64,000 bases of DNA from positions 9,028-73,027 of the forward strand of contig CAZTJJ010000001.1 of assembly GCA_964614065.1 (NCBI GenBank), in the 5' to 3' direction. The stretch is from an uncultured Thermotogae bacterium. GTDB taxonomy: Bacteria > Bipolaricaulota > Bipolaricaulia > M55B111. The notes beneath the pieces were generated by a model. It saw only the letters and a list, made by a program, of their open reading frames with translations, had not been told where the DNA came from and ran no database searches. Position numbers and translations under genes: made by a program. Shown here one piece after another: positions 1 to 10,386 of the stretch; positions within the stretch are counted from its first letter, which is position 1, and every line of letters starts with the position of its first letter.

Positions 1-872
1 TCTTGTCCTTCCGGGCTGTCCACGGGGGCGGAGACTAATTCCTTTTCTCTTATTGGAAGATTATATTTCTCGCTGGCCGTTTTTAGTTTAGACAGGTAAT
101 CCTGACCGATCTGGTGACCTAACGCTCGAGACCCTGTGTGAATGGAGATTACTATTTGTCCTTCATATATACCGTATGTTTTTGCTGTATTGTCGTCAAA
201 AATTTCTTCAACTTCCTGAAGTTCCAGATAATGGTTACCCGATCCCAGGGTGCCGATTTCTTTAAATTGTCTTTGTTTTGCTCGCCGACTGACGTTCTCA
301 GGTTCTGCGCCATTTATTCGGCCGCCTTCCTCGATGAATTCTAGGTCGTCGTCGAGACCGTAGCCAATTTCCAAGCCAAAGCGTGCTCCTTCAACCAGGG
401 CTCTATCTATCTCTGTAATGGAGAGGCTTATTTCGCCTTCTGATCCCAATCCAGCCGGGATCATTTGGAATAGAGTTTTAGCGATTCTTTGTTTAGAATC
501 AGTAATATCCGCTACTTCAAGTGGAGTTCTCATCAAACGTACACCACAGTTTATGTCAAATCCCACTCCACCAGCTACGATTACACCATTGCTAGGATCA
601 AAGGCGGCTACTCCACCTATTGGAAAGCCGTAACCCGGGTGTATGTCTGCCAGTCCTATTGACGCAGTTACTATTCCTGGCAGAGCAGCTACGTTAATGA
701 TTTGCTCAAGAGCGCTCCATTGCGAACCTTCGCGAAACTCATCCTCCAGCTCTTGAACAGTTTCCTGGTTGGCAAATAACCTGCCAGGAACGTTCATCTC
801 ACCTACTTTAGGGATTTCCCATGTGTTTTCGTTCAGTTTGACTAGCTCTATTTTATTCTTATCGATACTCAA
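1..872 (-). CDS. rtcB: RNA-splicing ligase RtcB. The 3' end runs off the window start; about 290 N-terminal residues are present and the probable start is TTG at 872.
   Basis: The six-frame track missed this ORF because it is cut by the window edge. Manual minus-strand translation is one continuous frame from 872 to 1. It contains the RtcB motifs 'DINCGV', 'LADIHPGYGFPIGGVAAF', 'GTLGSGNHYLELQ' and 'HTGSRGLGHQIG'. It lies 20 nt downstream of the archease stop. Confidence 0.85.
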   Translation of the reverse strand, partial: MSIDKNKIELVKLNENTWEIPKVGEMNVPGRLFANQETVQELEDEFREGSQWSALEQIINVAALPGIVTASIGLADIHPGYGFPIGGVAAFDPSNGVIVAGGVGFDINCGVRLMRTPLEVADITDSKQRIAKTLFQMIPAGLGSEGEISLSITEIDRALVEGARFGLEIGYGLDDDLEFIEEGGRINGAEPENVSRRAKQRQFKEIGTLGSGNHYLELQEVEEIFDDNTAKTYGIYEGQIVISIHTGSRALGHQIGQDYLSKLKTASEKYNLPIREKELVSAPVDSPEGQ

Positions 873-892
873 TGTAGGTCATCATCCCGGCT

Positions 893-1318
893 TTAGACAT
901 CAACTACGTACTGACAAATCCACTTGCCTGCCTTCCTTTCCACTTCCAATCCCTGGTAGGTAATTGCTTTAACTTCCGAACCCAGCGTATGTTTATCTGG
1001 ATTGATCTTTTGCCCATACAACTGGCTGTTTAAGGATAATTTGTTCCTTTTCTGGGTAATGTTTACGTCGAATTCTTTGTAAACCGAACGTTTTAGGTCA
1101 CTTGCGGTCAACAGTTCTTTTAACCACTCGTACAGCAAGTCTTCTGAAAAAGTTTCTCCCTTTATTTGGATTGAATCCATCGATATTGGTTTTATCTGGT
1201 TTAAGTCGACCATAAGGCTAAACAAACCCTTTGCCGCCTCCGCGAATAGCTCTTCAATTGACCTTCCTTCGGCGTGAATTCCAATGTCAGCTCCGTGATC
1301 CAAATATTTGTAACTCAC
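893..1318 (-). CDS. Archease, the RtcB activator. The ORF extends to a TTG at 1423, but that start would overlap thpR by 100 nt. GTG at 1318 gives a canonical ~141-aa protein starting VSYKYLDHGADIG.
   Basis: Archease signature 'YKYLDHGADIGIHAEG' near the N-terminus; sits directly upstream of rtcB; there is no in-frame ATG, so the start must be non-ATG. Confidence 0.75.
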   Translation of the reverse strand: MSYKYLDHGADIGIHAEGRSIEELFAEAAKGLFSLMVDLNQIKPISMDSIQIKGETFSEDLLYEWLKELLTASDLKRSVYKEFDVNITQKRNKLSLNSQLYGQKINPDKHTLGSEVKAITYQGLEVERKAGKWICQYVVDV

Positions 1319-1323
1319 TTTGA

Positions 1324-1887
1324 TTAACTGCCCAGCGGCACGTAAAAAAGTGGCGAGTATACGGGTCCTTTTGATCGTAGTTGGCTCTCCATTAAAGTTA
1401 GTTTGTTTATAGTAACTTTCCAACTTTCTTCCATTCTTGTTTTTTGTAACTTTTTCCCGAGATCTTTGATTTTACCGTTGTTTTTATCTTTTGTGCGCCC
1501 TAGGGTGACGTGAGGCACGTAATCCCGATCCTCTTTTGAAAAGCCAAGTTTGGTTAGTTGTTCTTCGAGCTCGTTGTGCAATCTGTAAATTTCCTCGGGA
1601 GCGGATGACAAACCAAACCATATGACCTTGGGGTATCCCATATGAGGAAATGATCCCAGTTTATCGACATTTACTTGAAATCTGGATTGGCCTTCTATGG
1701 CTGCCTGAGCGTTAGTTTTGATTTTAGGCAATAAAGATTCTTCCACGTTGCCGAGGAATTTTAGTGTAATGTGTAAGTTGTTCCTTTTTACCCATTTCAC
1801 CTGTGCTGGATTATTAATCGAATCATAGAATTCGACCATGCTTTGTTGAACGTTTTCAGGTATTCCGAAACAGAAGAAACACCGCAT
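1324..1887 (-). CDS. thpR: RNA 2',3'-cyclic phosphodiesterase / 2'-5' RNA ligase of the 2H phosphoesterase family (ThpR/LigT).
   Basis: Two HxT motifs, 'HITLKF' and 'HVTLGR'. Preferred start is ATG at 1887 (MRCFFCF...) with an AGGTGA RBS; the track ORF extends to GTG at 1929. Confidence 0.8.
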   Translation of the reverse strand: MRCFFCFGIPENVQQSMVEFYDSINNPAQVKWVKRNNLHITLKFLGNVEESLLPKIKTNAQAAIEGQSRFQVNVDKLGSFPHMGYPKVIWFGLSSAPEEIYRLHNELEEQLTKLGFSKEDRDYVPHVTLGRTKDKNNGKIKDLGKKLQKTRMEESWKVTINKLTLMESQLRSKGPVYSPLFYVPLGS

Positions 1888-1965
1888 TGTATCACCTAAT
1901 TTTAGACTCTCGTTTGTGAAGTGGATCACACAAAGGATTCAACTATAACCAGGTAGATCAAGGTT

Positions 1966-2229
1966 CCATGCAACCTGCCTCGAAGTCGTTTGCTTGGCGT
2001 TACTTGGCTAGTTCGCTCTGATCAAGCTACCTCCTGACACCCACAGAGGTCCACTTACCGCTGCTCCCTTCCGGGCCTGACGGGGTTTGTAGACTTATGC
2101 CGCAGAAGACTCGACCGTCAACACCACTTTGCCAAGTTCAGTCCCAAACACTCAACCCCTCAGCAGGTATATTGGCTCCCCTATAGCGGATTGAGGATAA
2201 CAGGAACCGCTAGCTCCTGCCTAGCATGG
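1966..2229 (-). ncRNA. ffs: Signal recognition particle RNA, long Bacillus-type form; boundaries approximate.
   Basis: The minus-strand sequence 'GUCAGGCCCGGAAGGGAGCAGCGGUAAG' matches the conserved SRP RNA domain IV helix 8 with its GGAA tetraloop (compare E. coli 4.5S 'GUCAGGUCCGGAAGGAAGCAGCCAAGG'). A terminal CCAUGC/GCAUGG pairing brackets about 264 nt. No ORF is present in this stretch. Confidence 0.55.
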
Positions 2230-2230
2230 T

Positions 2231-2318
2231 TGGCGGAGGGGGTGGGATTTGAACCCACGGAACCTCGCGGTTCACCGGTACTCCAAACCGGCGGTTTTGG
2301 CCGCTCGCCCACCCCTCC
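2231..2318 (-). tRNA. tRNA-Ser with anticodon GGA; class II with a long variable arm.
   Basis: The reverse complement gives GGAGGGG...CCGGU-UUGGAGU-ACCGG...GAACC-GCGA-GGUUC, GUGGG-UUCAAAU-CCCAC, CCCCUCC-G-CCA. The 7-bp acceptor, anticodon loop, variable arm and T arm all fold. I could not pair the D arm cleanly. Confidence 0.75.
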
Positions 2319-2441
2319 TTTCTTTATTGTAATTCTTTTTATCATCAAATAAATCTTAAGTCAGGGAGCGTTCCCTTTCAATTTTTCCCCAACTTTTGCG
2401 TGCTTGCGTTTTTCTTTGATAAACCAGATTCGATAGTTGAA

Positions 2442-4715
2442 TCAAAGTTCTTCTTCATAATCGCAGTTTTTGTTTGTGCAAACTAATTTGTCTCCTGAGT
2501 TAACGAGCACCCCCTGGCCGCACTTCGGACAGCTTTTGACGGGTTTATCACTTGTAGTAAATTTGCAATCGGGGTAGTTGCTGCAACCATAGAAGGTCTG
2601 TTTTTTCTTGCGTGAATACCGCTCGACTAGCTCTCCATCTGCACAATTCGGGCATTTTACACCTGTTGAAATAGAAGCCGTTTCATTACAATCGGGATTG
2701 GTGCACGCGTAAAATCTTCCATATCTCCCATGCTTTATTTCCATTTTCGAGTCACACTTTGGACATCTTTTTTCAGCCATGTTTTGTTCTTCTTGCTGTC
2801 GTTTTTTTAACTCGGCTTCGAGAATGACTTTGCCATCCTTGAACGTAAATGATATGTCTGGAGGCAGGCTCATTTTTTCTTCGCATTCTGGCCATGAAGA
2901 ACAGGACAAGTACGGTGAACCTTTCCAGTATCGGATATTCATGTGTTCCCCGCACTCTGGACAGCTCACGTCCGTGGGAATTTCAAACTCGTCTTCTCTG
3001 GAATCCAGGATTTCCTCTACTTTGTCCAGCTCTTTTTTTAGTGGGGCGTAGAATTTTGTTAAGGTCTTTTCTCTTGACGTTTTCCCATCTTTTATCTGAT
3101 CTAATGCCTCTTCCATTTTTGCAGTTAAACTTGGTTCCACTATTTCCGAAAAGAACTGCTCTAGGAATTCAACCACAACAAATCCCAACAAAGTGGGGAC
3201 AAACGAGCCTTTTCGCTTCACAATGTAGTCCCGCTTTTGGATTGTTGATATGATGCTAGCGTAGGTACTTGGCCTCCCTATGCCCTGTTTTTCCAATTCT
3301 TTAATTAAGCCCGCTTCAGTGTACCTATTTGGGGGCTTGGTGAAGTGTTGGCTAGGATCTATATTATCCAACTTCAAACTGTCGCCCTTCGAGAGATTTT
3401 TTGGCAGTTGGACGTCTTGGTCTTTTAACGGTTTGAGTTTAAGCACTTTTAGAAATCCATCGAAGACTAAACTGCTACCCGAGGTCTTGAACAGGTACTT
3501 ATTTGCCGTGACTTCGATTTTTTTTCGTTTATATCTAGCGTTACTCATCTGAGTTGCTACAAATCTGTCCCAGATTAACTTATAGAGCTTATATTGATCA
3601 TTAGATAAGTGACCTTTGAGATTAGAAGGCTGTCTACACACGCCTGTTGGTCGAATTGCCTCATGCGCATCTTGTGCGCCACTTTTTTTTCGGTAATATC
3701 TGGTTTTGTTGACCAGGTAGTCTGGGCCGAATCGGTCTTTAATGAAGCTCCTTAATTCACTGTTGGCTTCCTTGGCGACCCGAGTGGAATCTGTCCTCAT
3801 GTAGGTAATTAAACCCTCTATTCCTTTGTCCAGCTCCACGCCTTCGTAAAGTGTTTGTGCTATCCTCATTGTCTTCGTGGGGCTGAAATTGAGGATTGAA
3901 GAAGCAGTTCTCTGGAGGGTTGACGTGATGAAGGGCGGTAACGGTGATCGTGTTTTATCCTTTTCCGTGAGTTGTGATAGCTGGAATTTGGCCTGGTCGA
4001 GCTCTGATTTTATTTTATCTGCCTCTTCCCCATTGTTAATTTCAGGTTTCTGTCCACTGATTTTGTGTAGCTTGAGTGGGAATGAAGAGGAAGGCGACTC
4101 TTTGTATAAATCTACTCTTACCTTCCAATATTCCTCTGGTTCAAATTTCTCGCGTTTTTCCTCTCTGTCGACTATGTATTTCAGCCCTACTGATTGCACG
4201 CGGCCGGCGCTTAATCCTTCAAATCGACTTCCGGATATTGATTTCGATAACAAGGGGCTTATCAAATACCCAACTAACCTGTCGAGTATACGGCGGGCTC
4301 GTTGAGCTTCTACTTTTTCTAAGTCGATGTGTGTAGGTTCCTTAATTGCTTGCTTGATACTGTCTTGTGTGATCTCGTTAAAAATAATGCGTTTGAATTT
4401 TGCGTCTCCCTTCGAATTACCATTTGTGTTTAGCAATTCGTAGAGATCAAATGCTATTGCTTCTCCTTCTCTATCGTTATCTGTTGCTAGATATACTGTA
4501 TCTTTTTTGGTGGCTTCTTTTCGTAGTTTACCGATCAATTTCTTTTGGTTGACAACTAAGGTTGGCCTGAATCCGTTTTCTATCTCTACCCCGAGCTCTT
4601 TTTGGGGCAGGTCTCTTATGTGACCCTTTGAGGATAGTACTTTATAGGCAGAACCCAGGTACCTATTTATCGTATTTGCTTTGGTTGGTGATTCTACAAT
4701 AACTAGATTTTCCAT
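2442..4715 (-). CDS. topA: DNA topoisomerase I with C-terminal zinc-ribbon repeats.
   Basis: 757 aa. TOPRIM N-terminus 'VIVESPTKA', a Topo IA core, and several C4 zinc ribbons (CPECG...C, CPKCD...C, CPNC...C). Confidence 0.93.
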   Translation of the reverse strand: MENLVIVESPTKANTINRYLGSAYKVLSSKGHIRDLPQKELGVEIENGFRPTLVVNQKKLIGKLRKEATKKDTVYLATDNDREGEAIAFDLYELLNTNGNSKGDAKFKRIIFNEITQDSIKQAIKEPTHIDLEKVEAQRARRILDRLVGYLISPLLSKSISGSRFEGLSAGRVQSVGLKYIVDREEKREKFEPEEYWKVRVDLYKESPSSSFPLKLHKISGQKPEINNGEEADKIKSELDQAKFQLSQLTEKDKTRSPLPPFITSTLQRTASSILNFSPTKTMRIAQTLYEGVELDKGIEGLITYMRTDSTRVAKEANSELRSFIKDRFGPDYLVNKTRYYRKKSGAQDAHEAIRPTGVCRQPSNLKGHLSNDQYKLYKLIWDRFVATQMSNARYKRKKIEVTANKYLFKTSGSSLVFDGFLKVLKLKPLKDQDVQLPKNLSKGDSLKLDNIDPSQHFTKPPNRYTEAGLIKELEKQGIGRPSTYASIISTIQKRDYIVKRKGSFVPTLLGFVVVEFLEQFFSEIVEPSLTAKMEEALDQIKDGKTSREKTLTKFYAPLKKELDKVEEILDSREDEFEIPTDVSCPECGEHMNIRYWKGSPYLSCSSWPECEEKMSLPPDISFTFKDGKVILEAELKKRQQEEQNMAEKRCPKCDSKMEIKHGRYGRFYACTNPDCNETASISTGVKCPNCADGELVERYSRKKKQTFYGCSNYPDCKFTTSDKPVKSCPKCGQGVLVNSGDKLVCTNKNCDYEEEL

Positions 4716-4928
4716 TATTCCCCCCAGAACGGAGGAAATTATATTTGTATCGCCTCTCTATATCAACAGTAGAAACCTATTATCGATAAGAAGCTCTTTT
4801 TTGGGCCTTTCGAGTCTTCGTGTCTACCCGGTCTTTGAGAGTTAGTTTATCTTACGTTAAGCCTTTGGTTAATTAACTTTATAGACTGCCTAAATTGGGG
4901 TGTTTATAATAAGTTGATGAAATCGTGA

Positions 4929-5555
4929 ATGATAAAAATATTTTCCATACGGGGTGGTATTATGAGGACGATTTTGTCGAAGAGTATAGGTTTGTCACTT
5001 ACATTGATCGTTTTGATTTCGGTAGTTAGTTTTGCTGCTAGTGATCCTCAAGTTAAAATAAGTGAAGTTGCCTGGTCAGGTACTCGAGCTAGCTGGGGGG
5101 ACGAATGGATTGAATTGCATAATACAACTGAAAAGAAGTTGGAGTTGTCGGGTTGGAAAATAGCTTGGGATGATGCGGAAATCTTTCTGGGCTCTGAAAA
5201 GGCAAATACGGTTCAGGTTATTAACAGTTATCTTCCTCCCCAGGGTGTAATTTTACTGGAACGGACTGACGATGAAACGGTTGCCACTGTTGATGCTGAT
5301 ATATTATATACTGGAGGGCTACCAAATTCCGGAACACGGGTTGTGTTAGTGAATCCTGACGGTCAAGAAGTGCAGGTTATATCAGCCTCGGATGGCTGGC
5401 CAGCAGGAACATCATCCGCGGGAGAACCCAGGAATGCATCTATGGAGTTAGTAAACGGTAATTGGAAGACCCATAACGAAGCAGGGGATGAACAGGATAA
5501 AAACGGAGATCCCATATTTGGCTCTCCAGGTAAATTGGTAGATGATTTGTCTTAG
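4929..5555 (+). CDS. Secreted or membrane-anchored protein with a lamin-tail domain (LTD).
   Basis: N-terminal hydrophobic segment; 'ISEVAWSG...DEWIELHN...LSGWKI' is typical of LTD domains. The likely start is ATG at 4962, which follows GGGGTGG. Confidence 0.55.
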   Translation: MIKIFSIRGGIMRTILSKSIGLSLTLIVLISVVSFAASDPQVKISEVAWSGTRASWGDEWIELHNTTEKKLELSGWKIAWDDAEIFLGSEKANTVQVINSYLPPQGVILLERTDDETVATVDADILYTGGLPNSGTRVVLVNPDGQEVQVISASDGWPAGTSSAGEPRNASMELVNGNWKTHNEAGDEQDKNGDPIFGSPGKLVDDLS

Positions 5556-5810
5556 AGGAATTAATCTTCGTAAATCTAGTTGTTTTGATCCAGAAAGAGA
5601 ATTAATGACCCGTGTTTGATTGATAATGAACTGGTCAGAAGATGTAGCTGAACACCGGTAAGTTCAAAAGAAGCTCAATTAAGGAGGCTGGGAAGATCGG
5701 TCTATTGATTATCTAATTAGATTGATCGCAATAATTCAATTCATCCCTTGAACGTGATATCCATTTTTCCGGCGTTCTTGGGATGAATTGTCCCTTCTGG
5801 AAATCTGGGC

Positions 5811-6677
5811 TTAATTTGTCCGGACTTTTAGGTAAGTTCTGAGTTGTTTTTTTATTTTTGGGTTTTTGAGTTTATCGATTGCTTCTTTTTGTATTTGTCT
5901 CACACGTTCTCTGCTGATTCCAAACACTTTGCCTACTTCATTTAGTGTACGTGGATGATAATCTTTCAAGCCATATCGTAGTTGTACAATTCTTCGCTCT
6001 CTATCCGTGAGAACGTCTTGCAGGAGTTGTGTTAAGTGATTCTTTGTCATCATTTCTAGAGATTTTTCCTCTGGATTTGGAAGGTTACTATCGGGGAGAA
6101 TATCACACAATACCCCCGCTTCACCGTTTTCCTCGCTTAACGGTTTGTCCAGGGATGTCGTTCTTTGTGCAGTTTTCTGCGCTTTTCGAATTTTTTCCAC
6201 GGGCACGTCAAGGATATCTGCAACTTCACTTGGGGTGGGTTCTCGACCGTTTTCTTGAATGAAATCTCGTTCTTCTTTTTTGATATCCCTGATTAGCTCA
6301 TTCATATGAGCAGGGACCCGAATAGTTCTTGAACGGTTTGTTATCGCTCTTAATATTGCCTGCCTGATCCACCAAGTTGCATACGTGCTGAATTTGTAAC
6401 CTTTACGCCAATCGAATTTTTCTACTGCCTTCATCAGTCCTAAATTACCTTCCTGAATTAGATCAAGGAACGACAAACCATAATTCCGATATCTTTTGGC
6501 TATGCTGATTACTAGCCTTAAATTGGCAATAGCCAGTTCTTTTTTCGCTTGCGTGTCGTTTTCTTCTATTTTCTGAGCTAATTCAGCTTCTTCTTTTCTG
6601 CTTAATAGAGGCCCGTCGCCGATTTCATCGAAGTAAGCTCTAACTGAGTTCTTCTTGCTATCAACCTGATAAGACAT
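5811..6677 (-). CDS. RNA polymerase sigma factor of the sigma-70 family (a compact RpoD-like form).
   Basis: Region 2 '[37 protein letters not shown]', region 4 HTH '[19 protein letters not shown]'. Confidence 0.85.
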   Translation of the reverse strand: MSYQVDSKKNSVRAYFDEIGDGPLLSRKEEAELAQKIEENDTQAKKELAIANLRLVISIAKRYRNYGLSFLDLIQEGNLGLMKAVEKFDWRKGYKFSTYATWWIRQAILRAITNRSRTIRVPAHMNELIRDIKKEERDFIQENGREPTPSEVADILDVPVEKIRKAQKTAQRTTSLDKPLSEENGEAGVLCDILPDSNLPNPEEKSLEMMTKNHLTQLLQDVLTDRERRIVQLRYGLKDYHPRTLNEVGKVFGISRERVRQIQKEAIDKLKNPKIKKQLRTYLKVRTN

Positions 6678-7015
6678 ATGACCTCCCTAATAATAGAAAT
6701 TACAAAGGTAGTTTTAGCCTGGAGTTTTACAGAAAAATTTGAGGGTAGAGTACGGTTAATCATGCCGCATGTAAGGACTGTTAACACCTTGGGATTACGT
6801 GCTTGGGACAAAAGCTGGCGTTCACCACATAATGAAGAAGGGACCATAAAAGCATTATAATGGGAAATGTCCATATTTCAAAGTAAATTCAGTGGGCCTA
6901 GCCAACTTAACTCAAAACGAAGTAGTTATACTTTAAGTTTATTCCACCCTAGTTTGAGTGATTCTTACAGGTTTGTTGAAAAATTTAGGTTAGCCGTATG
7001 TTCAATTTGAGAATT

Positions 7016-7106
7016 GAGTGCTGGAACAATTCCCCTTCTTCAAATTCAGCCTTCTATTCCAATGTTTTTCTACAAGCCCATCCCTTGGGACGGGGTAATT
7101 GACTAA
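7016..7106. repeat. Copy A of a ~90-bp intergenic repeat: GAGTGCTGGA...CTTCAAATTCAGCCTTCTATTCCAATGTTTTTCTACAAGCCC-hairpin-GGGGTAATTGACT.
   Basis: About 85-90% identical to the stretch at 23746-23837. It sits between the patatin 3' end and the sigma-factor upstream region. Confidence 0.8.
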
Positions 7107-7114
7107 AAATTTTG

Positions 7115-8047
7115 TTAAGTATTCCCAATAGACTGGAACAGTTTTCTGACGTCTTCGAAATGTTTTTCCATGCATTCTTCGCCAAGGGTAGACGCCTCCT
7201 TGACTTTATTAAAATCCAACCAGTTTAACTTAGCGACTTTCGGTTTGATTACTTCTAGTTTTCCCTCTAGTTTCTCTGTAGCTATGGTGTTTTTCGTGTT
7301 GAGCAGTTCTTTTTTTCTAATCTTGTTGGTTCTGTTGAATGTGTCTAAAGGGTTGTTTTTAGGGTCCTTGGATAAGTTGGTGCCTACATCTACAGCCAGT
7401 ACCGATTCTGCACCGAATTGTATTGCTGGCAAGATCGGTACTGGGTCAACGACCCCGCCGTCAACTAGTAAATGATTTTTCCATTTTACCGGGGGGATAA
7501 AGCCAGGAATGGCAGAGCTGGCTGCTGCTGCCCGATAAACTTTTCCTTCATTGATTATTACTTCTTTACCTGTTACAAGGTCAGTAGCAATAGCAGCGTA
7601 ATCTATAGGGAGGTCTTTGACCCAGGAATCCTTTGTTAGTAGTTTAAAGAACGTAAAAAATCGGGCCAGTTTGACTGGGGTCCTACCTGACTCACTGGCG
7701 GTCCAACGGTTTACCCCAATTCCCTGAGCTAGAGTTTTGCCGATTATCTTTTCCAATTCTCTTCGACTTTCCCTTGATATTTGTAGTATCTGATTGATAT
7801 CTAGCCTTTCTAGGATTTTTATCAAGTCGTCTGTATTGACCTTTCCCGCTGCGGCGGCCCCGATTACAGCTCCCATGCTTGTACCCACTATCAAGTCAGG
7901 AGTTAAGTCTGCGTGTTGTAACGCTTTTATGACACCCAGGTGGGCAAATCCCCGCGCGCCACCACCACCGAGGACCAGTGCGACTCCGGACTTGTGATTG
8001 TTGTTCTTGTCCTTGGCATTACTTTCTAATGTAAGTTTGTTAATCAT
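7115..8047 (-). CDS. Patatin-like phospholipase.
   Basis: 'GGGARGFAHLGV' oxyanion hole and the 'GTSMGA' nucleophile elbow; DGG motif is present. Confidence 0.85.
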   Translation of the reverse strand: MINKLTLESNAKDKNNNHKSGVALVLGGGGARGFAHLGVIKALQHADLTPDLIVGTSMGAVIGAAAAGKVNTDDLIKILERLDINQILQISRESRRELEKIIGKTLAQGIGVNRWTASESGRTPVKLARFFTFFKLLTKDSWVKDLPIDYAAIATDLVTGKEVIINEGKVYRAAAASSAIPGFIPPVKWKNHLLVDGGVVDPVPILPAIQFGAESVLAVDVGTNLSKDPKNNPLDTFNRTNKIRKKELLNTKNTIATEKLEGKLEVIKPKVAKLNWLDFNKVKEASTLGEECMEKHFEDVRKLFQSIGNT

Positions 8048-8136
8048 GTGAGTTAAAGGTGTTGTGAAGATTTAATACCTAAGTTTTCTATTAATCTGTA
8101 CAGAACACAATATAGTATAAGGTAAAAGGCGAGGTG

Positions 8137-8176
8137 AAAAAATAAAAACCCGCGGCATATCGCGAGATGCCGCGGG
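8137..8176 (-). terminator. Rho-independent terminator downstream of groEL.
   Basis: Perfect 10-bp stem CCCGCGGCAT/ATGCCGCGGG with an 8-nt loop, followed on the minus strand by a T tract (TTTTTATTTTTT). Confidence 0.7.
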
Positions 8177-8204
8177 TGAATTGTTCGATTATAATGTATG
8201 AGCT

Positions 8205-9872
<1,668 letters not shown>

Positions 9873-9884
9873 CTAAGTTAAATG

Positions 9885-10160
9885 TTATTCAATCTTTGCA
9901 AGAATGTTATTGTCCTTAACTATTTTTAACTCCCGATCGTTCATCTCGATTTCCGTACCGGAGAAGCTAGATAGGATAACTTGATCTCCGACTTCAACCT
10001 CTATCTTTTCGTCTGTTCCAGTTGCGAGGACTTCTGCCTTCACGTAGTTATCCTCTTCCTTGGCACTTTCCGGCAGAACAATCCCACCTTCTGTAACTTC
10101 CTCTTCTTCGATTTCAACTTTCTCCACCAATACTCTACGACCTAATGGTTTTATATCCAT
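9885..10160 (-). CDS. groES: Co-chaperonin GroES.
   Basis: 91 aa, 'IKPLGRRVLVE...GGIVLPESAKE'. Confidence 0.95.
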   Translation of the reverse strand: MDIKPLGRRVLVEKVEIEEEEVTEGGIVLPESAKEEDNYVKAEVLATGTDEKIEVEVGDQVILSSFSGTEIEMNDRELKIVKDNNILAKIE

Positions 10161-10219
10161 TGATACCTCCTCATTTTATTATTAATTATAAAACTGTAAC
10201 CTGCCCGATAAATATTTAG

Positions 10220-10246
10220 TTAGCACTCTTGTCTACCGACTGCTAA
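10220..10246 (-). promoter_or_regulatory. CIRCE operator (HrcA binding site) upstream of groES.
   Basis: The minus strand reads TTAGCAGTC-N9-GAGTGCTAA. These are the same half-sites as the CIRCE at hrcA. It lies 9 nt downstream of a TTGAAT-17-TAAACT promoter-like element. Confidence 0.8.
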
Positions 10247-10255
10247 ATCTGAAAA

Positions 10256-10284
10256 AGTTTACCTAATCACTTCAAACTATTCAA
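10256..10284 (-). promoter_or_regulatory. Putative sigma-A promoter of groESL (-35 TTGAAT, 17-nt spacer, -10 TAAACT).
   Basis: Spacing and position directly 5' of CIRCE match the usual housekeeping-sigma heat-shock promoter layout. Confidence 0.45.
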
Positions 10285-10386
10285 CCCCTCCCCGGCGGTT
10301 TTTTAACTATTGGGTGCGAGTAGGAGTGGGTATTTAATTTATCTTGTGAATGTGATATCATTCTTTGTAGGATAGGAGGTATAACC

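Noticed and set aside
138-963. Three + strand ORFs (138-344, 418-633, 769-963) at the window start
   Set aside because: Low-complexity, non-protein-like translations. The opposite strand carries a continuous, highly conserved RtcB reading frame.
2773-4336. Several 60-140-aa ORFs on both strands inside topA
   Set aside because: All are nested in, or antisense to, the 757-aa topoisomerase I frame. None is conserved-looking.
5735-5789. 10-bp inverted repeat AATTCATCCC...GGGATGAATT between the convergent LTD-protein and sigma-factor genes
   Set aside because: A possible bidirectional terminator, but the loop is 35 nt and there is no U-tract on either strand, so it is too weak to call.
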